Shown in pieces: positions 59,916 through 64,000 of a stretch of DNA of 64,000 nucleotides (positions within the stretch are counted from its first letter, which is position 1; each line of letters begins with the position of its first letter). This DNA is from an uncultured delta proteobacterium (GTDB taxonomy: Bacteria; Desulfobacterota; Binatia; JACPRU01). Location of the stretch: the NCBI GenBank assembly GCA_963745025.1, contig CAVUWD010000011.1, positions 448,001 through 512,000 of the forward strand. The letters are read 5' to 3'. The notes beneath the pieces are model-generated. The model made no database searches and had not been told where the DNA came from. It was given only the letters and a program-made list of their open reading frames with translations. The position numbers and the translations under genes are program-made.

Positions 59916-60017
59916 GGGGACGTTCTTGACCTTCGTAACCTTCGCCGTGCTCTCTCCTTACAAGATTTCGTCAACGCGAGGAACACGACGAAGGTTACGA
60001 AGGTCAAGAACGTCCCC
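59916..60017. repeat. MITE-like element with perfect 27-bp terminal inverted repeats, copy 2
   Basis: Same TIRs as 40097-40199 and a similar ~48-bp core; sits between divergent genes. Confidence 0.85.
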
Positions 60018-60077
60018 GTCGGTCGACCCGGAGGGATGCAAGCGCAAACGTGATCCGCTATGCCTGGTGCTCGAATC

Positions 60078-60878
60078 ATGAGTGCCGAAGAGTCCCCGCG
60101 GTTGCACTACGACGTGCACGACGGCAACGGCCCTTATGCGCTGCTCGTCCATGGCATGCTCTCGAGTCGGAGCCAGTGGCTCTCGAACCTCGATGCGCTC
60201 CGCGCCGTCTGCCGGCCCGTCGTCGTCGAGCTCTTCGGGCACGGGCGATCGTCCACCCCGGAGGACCCATTCGCCTATTCTCCCGCCGGCTATGTCGACG
60301 AGTTCGAGCGCTTGCGGCGGGCACTCGGGGTCGATCATTGGCTTCTTTGCGGCTATTCGCTCGGCGCGGCGCTCACGGTTCGATACGCGCTCGACCACCC
60401 CGAGCGCGTGATCGTTCAGGCGTTCACCAACTCGATGTCGGCGTTCGCGGACGCCGCGTGGCGAGACCGAGTCTCACCTTCGATCGAAGCCGTCGCTCGC
60501 GCACTCGAGGAGCACGGCCGAAGCGCTCTCGAGTCGTTGCCGATGAATCCGAGCCGCGGCCAGAGGCTTCCCGCCGCCGCGCGCGAGGCGCTCGTCGCCG
60601 ACTATCGCTTGCACGATCCTCGCGGTGTTGCGCGGACGTTCCGTCATACGGTCCTCGGCTCGCCGCTCGGCGAACGGCTCTCGGAAAACCGCGTACCCGC
60701 GCTGCTCGTCGCGGGACGGCGCGAAGCGGCGTTCGCGCCCCATCGGCGCCGCGCCGAGCAGAGCATGCCCGCGCTCGAGGTCGTCGAGCTCGACACCGGC
60801 CATGCCGTCAACCTCGAAGACGCCACCGGCTTCAACACCGCGCTGACGCGGTTCTTCAGACGGGCCGCGACGCGATAG
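60078..60878 (+). CDS. Alpha/beta hydrolase
   Basis: LLVHG, GHGRS, GYSLG, GHAVNLE. Confidence 0.88.
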   Translation: MSAEESPRLHYDVHDGNGPYALLVHGMLSSRSQWLSNLDALRAVCRPVVVELFGHGRSSTPEDPFAYSPAGYVDEFERLRRALGVDHWLLCGYSLGAALTVRYALDHPERVIVQAFTNSMSAFADAAWRDRVSPSIEAVARALEEHGRSALESLPMNPSRGQRLPAAAREALVADYRLHDPRGVARTFRHTVLGSPLGERLSENRVPALLVAGRREAAFAPHRRRAEQSMPALEVVELDTGHAVNLEDATGFNTALTRFFRRAATR

Positions 60879-60930
60879 TGGACGGCGCCGCGCGCGGCTG
60901 GTAGGGACGCCCCGAGGAGGGCGTGACGCC

Positions 60931-61326
60931 ATGCGGATGCTCCACACCATGCTTCGGGTCGGCAATCTCGAGCGCTCACTGCAGTTCTATTGCGACGTGC
61001 TCGGCATGAAGCAGCTCCGGCGGAAGGACTACCCTTCCGGTCGCTTTACGCTCGCCTTCGTCGGCTACGGTGACGAGGACACGCACACCGTGCTCGAGCT
61101 CACGCACAACTGGGACACCGATCACTACGCTCTCGGCTCCGGCTACGGCCACGTCGCGCTCGGCGTCGACGACATTTACGAAGCCTGCCGTCAGATCCGC
61201 GCCAAAGGCGGAAACATCGTCCGCGAGCCCGGACCGATGCAGCACGGCGGCACCGAGATCGCGTTCGTCGAGGATCCGGACGGCTACCGCATCGAGCTCA
61301 TCCAGCTGGGCGGCCGCAACGACTGA
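60931..61326 (+). CDS. gloA: Lactoylglutathione lyase (glyoxalase I)
   Basis: [30 protein letters not shown]. Confidence 0.95.
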   Translation: MRMLHTMLRVGNLERSLQFYCDVLGMKQLRRKDYPSGRFTLAFVGYGDEDTHTVLELTHNWDTDHYALGSGYGHVALGVDDIYEACRQIRAKGGNIVREPGPMQHGGTEIAFVEDPDGYRIELIQLGGRND

Positions 61327-61392
61327 AACGAACCGAGGGCGACCGCTTCTCACGCACAATTGGGGCTCACGCATCGGCTCCATGCATGGATC

Positions 61393-61426
61393 TTGCAAAT
61401 GAATGATTTTCCAGTTATTCATTCAT
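61393..61426 (+). promoter_or_regulatory. Putative promoter with overlapping inverted-repeat operator for the Xre-RES pair
   Basis: TTGCAA-17bp-TATTCA; ATGAATGA (61399-61406) and TCATTCAT (61419-61426) in an AT-rich patch. Confidence 0.55.
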
Positions 61427-61429
61427 CTG

Positions 61430-61807
61430 ATGAAGCCGCGCCCTCACGCTCAGGCGACCCATGATCCCGAAGCCGTTCTGGCAAAGGCCGCGCTCTCCGC
61501 GGCCCGCTGCCTCGGCCTCACCAACCGGGAGCTGGCGAAGATCCTCGGAACGAGCGAAGCGTCGGTTTCTCGACTGCACCGACAACGGGCGCTTCGGCTC
61601 GGCAGCCGCGAAGCCGAGCTCGCCGCGCTGTTCGTGCGGTTGTTTCGCAGCCTCGACACGTTGACCGGCGGAGACGAGGCGAAGGCACGCGCCTGGTACG
61701 GTGCGCCGAACTCTCATCTGGCAGGGGTTCCGGCCGAGCGCGTCTCGTCGGTGGAGGGGCTCGTCGGTGTCGTCCAGTATCTGGACGCGATGCGCGGGAA
61801 GCTCTGA
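61430..61807 (+). CDS. Xre/MbcA/ParS-type antitoxin
   Basis: HTH LTNRELAKILGTSEASVSR; LFRSLD..GG..ARAW..PN..L..P; YLDAMRGK. Confidence 0.85.
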   Translation: MKPRPHAQATHDPEAVLAKAALSAARCLGLTNRELAKILGTSEASVSRLHRQRALRLGSREAELAALFVRLFRSLDTLTGGDEAKARAWYGAPNSHLAGVPAERVSSVEGLVGVVQYLDAMRGKL

Positions 61808-62522
61808 GATCCGCGCGCTCGCATCGGAGCCTTGGCGGGTCGTCGAGGCGCAGCATCAGATCTCGACCCGCAAGCTCGTCGACAGCGACGAGGAGCAAGC
61901 GATCCTCGAGGAAGTCCTCGAGCGGACGAAGCCTCCCCTTCCCGAAGGCCCGCGTCTCCACTACTTGCTCTTCACGTCGTTCCGTTACCCGCCGCTTCGC
62001 CACGGATCGCGCTTCGGATCTCGCCACGAGCGCGGAATCTGGTACGGCTCCGAGAGCCTGCGGGCGGCGTTCGCCGAGGTCGCGTATTACAGGCTCCTCT
62101 TCCTCGAGGGCACGGAGGCCGACCTCGGTCCCGTCGACGCGGATCTCTCGACGTTCAACATCCGCGTGAAGACGCGACGGGGCATCGACCTGACCGCGAA
62201 ACCGTTCGATCGCTGGCGCTCCCTGCTGACCTCCAGGACGAGCTACGTTGCGACGCAGGCCCTCGGCACGGCGATGCGCGAGGTCGGCGTCGAGGCCTTC
62301 CGCTACGCTTCCGCGCGCGACACCGAGGGCGGCATCAACGTCGGCCTCTTCGCGTCAACCGCCTTCGCGGCACGAAGGCCGCGGCATCTCCATGCCTGGC
62401 ACTCCGTCGCCACCCGCGACGCCGTCGAGTTCTCCAAGCGAGATTACTTTTCTCGGGAAGCCCACCGCTTCCCGAGAGAACAGTTCCTCGTCAGAGGCTC
62501 GCTGCCGAGCCCCGCGACGTAG
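61767..62522 (+). CDS. RES-domain toxin
   Basis: WRVVEAQ, FRYPP..GSRFG, AFAEVAYY, RYASAR; overlaps the antitoxin. Confidence 0.85.
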   Translation: MSSSIWTRCAGSSEIRALASEPWRVVEAQHQISTRKLVDSDEEQAILEEVLERTKPPLPEGPRLHYLLFTSFRYPPLRHGSRFGSRHERGIWYGSESLRAAFAEVAYYRLLFLEGTEADLGPVDADLSTFNIRVKTRRGIDLTAKPFDRWRSLLTSRTSYVATQALGTAMREVGVEAFRYASARDTEGGINVGLFASTAFAARRPRHLHAWHSVATRDAVEFSKRDYFSREAHRFPREQFLVRGSLPSPAT

Positions 62523-62599
62523 CACGCATTCGCTTTCTGGGACGCTCCTGCTTCGCAGGAACGCGGCCCGGAACGCCCCCCAACCCCCGTCCCTAGCCG

Positions 62600-63184
62600 T
62601 TATTCCGTGAGCCCGCCCCTGTAGATCGAGCGCTTGGGTGCGACGAAGAGCCGGCGCAGCATCGGCTCGAACGCTCCGAGGGGCATGGTCTCGGCCTTCG
62701 GATCGAACGCCGGCCCATCGTATTTTTCGCAGAAGAGCGCCGTGCGCTCGAACCAGGGATGGCCGCGGAATTCTTCGCGCGCGTTCCGACCGAGGCCGAT
62801 GTGATGGAAGAAGTAGTAGCCCTGAAAAATCCCGTGCTTCTCGACCATCCACTGGTTCGCCTCGGAGACGAACGGCTGGAGGATCGCGCCGGCGATATCC
62901 GCATGATTGAACGAGCCGAGCGTGTCGCCGATGTCGTGCAGAAGCGCGCAGACGACGTACTCCTCATCCTCGCCCGCGCGGTGCGCGAGCGTGGCCGTCT
63001 GCAGCGAGTGGGTGAGCCGGTCGACCGCGAAACCGCCGTAGTCTCCGTCGAGCAAGCGGAGGTGGGCGAGAATTCGGTCCGGCAGCTTTTGCGCGAACGA
63101 AACGAAGCCCGCTGCGATGATCGCCCAGTCGTCTACGGTGGATCGCTCCATCGATGTGAACGCCGCGCGTGGTTCGTCGTGCAT
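62600..63184 (-). CDS. HD-domain phosphohydrolase
   Basis: HSLQTAT, ALLHDIGD, HGIFQGYY. Confidence 0.85.
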   Translation of the reverse strand: MHDEPRAAFTSMERSTVDDWAIIAAGFVSFAQKLPDRILAHLRLLDGDYGGFAVDRLTHSLQTATLAHRAGEDEEYVVCALLHDIGDTLGSFNHADIAGAILQPFVSEANQWMVEKHGIFQGYYFFHHIGLGRNAREEFRGHPWFERTALFCEKYDGPAFDPKAETMPLGAFEPMLRRLFVAPKRSIYRGGLTE

Positions 63185-63406
63185 TGCGCCATCGTGCCGC
63201 TTGGCGCGGCGGCGATCAAGCCAGCTGGCCTCGAGGCGAAAAACTTGGACCCGTAGAGCGTTCCGAGCCCGCACCCGACTTGACCGCCACGAGCTCGACT
63301 ACGCGAGCCGGCAGATGAGCGCGCTCGAGATCAACGGCTTCTGCGATTCACTGCAACGGCCCGAGAAATACCGCCGTGAGCGCCTAGCGTAAGCGCGTGC
63401 AGTAAT

Positions 63407-63650
63407 GCCTCAGTCTTGGCCACACGCGCTGGGAATTCCTGAAGTGCTAGATCTTCCGGTCGGCCCGTGCTCGGGTCGACCGGAAGATCCAGCCACCGCG
63501 CGCAAGCGCGGAGAGCAATAGACCATCTCGTGGGTTATTGGCGTCCGCGCTCCGCGCGGTTACGGTTGGTTGTGATCGACCCGAGTACGGGCCGATCACA
63601 ACCAACCGCGCTCTTCGTCGTTCCGAAGCATTCGAGGCGAAGACTGAGGC
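63407..63650. repeat. Palindromic element copy 6 (two hairpins, best-preserved ends)
   Basis: GCCTCAGTCTT ... AAGACTGAGGC; hairpins 63446-63493 (TGCT) and 63563-63608 (AGTA); TAA one base outside each end. Confidence 0.85.
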
Positions 63651-63712
63651 GTAAGCGCGCCCGACCCTTCTCGGTGGACGGCGGCGATCGCGCCGTGCGA
63701 GAAGCCAGCGCA

Positions 63713-64000
63713 ATGTCTCGCGTCAGCGAGTTGGCCGAAAGGACAGAGCCGGGCGTCGGCGAGCGGACCACCTACCGGTGGTGGATCCTCGGAGCCGCGA
63801 CGCTCGCCAACGTCATCGTCCCCGGCATCGGCTGGAACTACGTGATCATGGTCGTGCCGCAGGTTCTCGCCGATCTTCGACTCGACGTCGCGATGTGGGG
63901 CATCCTCTGGTCCGCGATCTCTCTCGGCGTCCTCGTGTTCTCGATCCCGGCGGGAGCTCTCGCCGACCGCTTCGGCGTGCGCTCGGTGGTCGGCTTGGGA
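63713..64000 (+). CDS. MFS transporter, N-terminal part; runs off window end
   Basis: Manual translation ...YRWWILGAATLA...IPAGALADRFGVR contains MFS motif A. Confidence 0.85.
   Translation, partial: MSRVSELAERTEPGVGERTTYRWWILGAATLANVIVPGIGWNYVIMVVPQVLADLRLDVAMWGILWSAISLGVLVFSIPAGALADRFGVRSVVGLG

Noticed and set aside
12346-63650. Palindromic repeats read as a CRISPR array or integron attC cassettes
   Set aside because: Copies are dispersed, not tandem with unique spacers. No cas genes or integrase are present, no GTTRRRY/RYYYAAC boxes were seen, and the flanking genes are housekeeping genes in mixed orientation.
1-64000. rRNA, tRNA, riboswitch (e.g. cobalamin riboswitch before eutBC)
   Set aside because: No recognisable conserved motifs were found by eye, and eutBC is directly coupled to the upstream CDS. 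A covariance-model scan would be needed to exclude them formally.

Overview
A GC-rich bacterial chromosomal window. The gene content (F420-type LLM oxidoreductase, P450, acyl-CoA enzymes, myxobacterial-type L,D-transpeptidase) suggests a Binatota/deltaproteobacteria-like organism, but this is inference. About 55 CDS or remnants can be supported; no rRNA, tRNA or CRISPR array was seen. A decayed mobile island lies at ~1.7-6.4 kb (IS91-like remnant, two SEC-C proteins, LexA-type HTH, BrnT/BrnA). Housekeeping and redox genes follow (two msrA, msrB, gor, gloA, AhpD-like), together with an EutB-EutC fusion, a large beta-propeller/di-heme cytochrome c protein and peptidoglycan remodelling genes. The strongest candidate for an undescribed system is at 44.3-52.4 kb. 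There a pyrrolyl-carrier-protein pathway (Pro adenylation enzyme, carrier protein, prolyl dehydrogenase, flavin halogenase, methyltransferase) has no PKS or NRPS in the window. It is instead co-transcribed with an MBOAT-SGNH fusion in a Dlt/AlgIJ-like arrangement, beside a glycosyltransferase/sulfotransferase cluster. This suggests (halo)pyrrole-2-carbonyl acylation of a surface glycan. Also notable are a cereblon (CULT) domain overlapping msrA, and a dispersed palindromic element family whose fixed-length hairpins have different but complementary stems. Several frameshifts (msrB, a methyltransferase, the LD-transpeptidase, and many in the carboxylase) are probably read errors. All calls come from reading motifs by eye, not from database searches.
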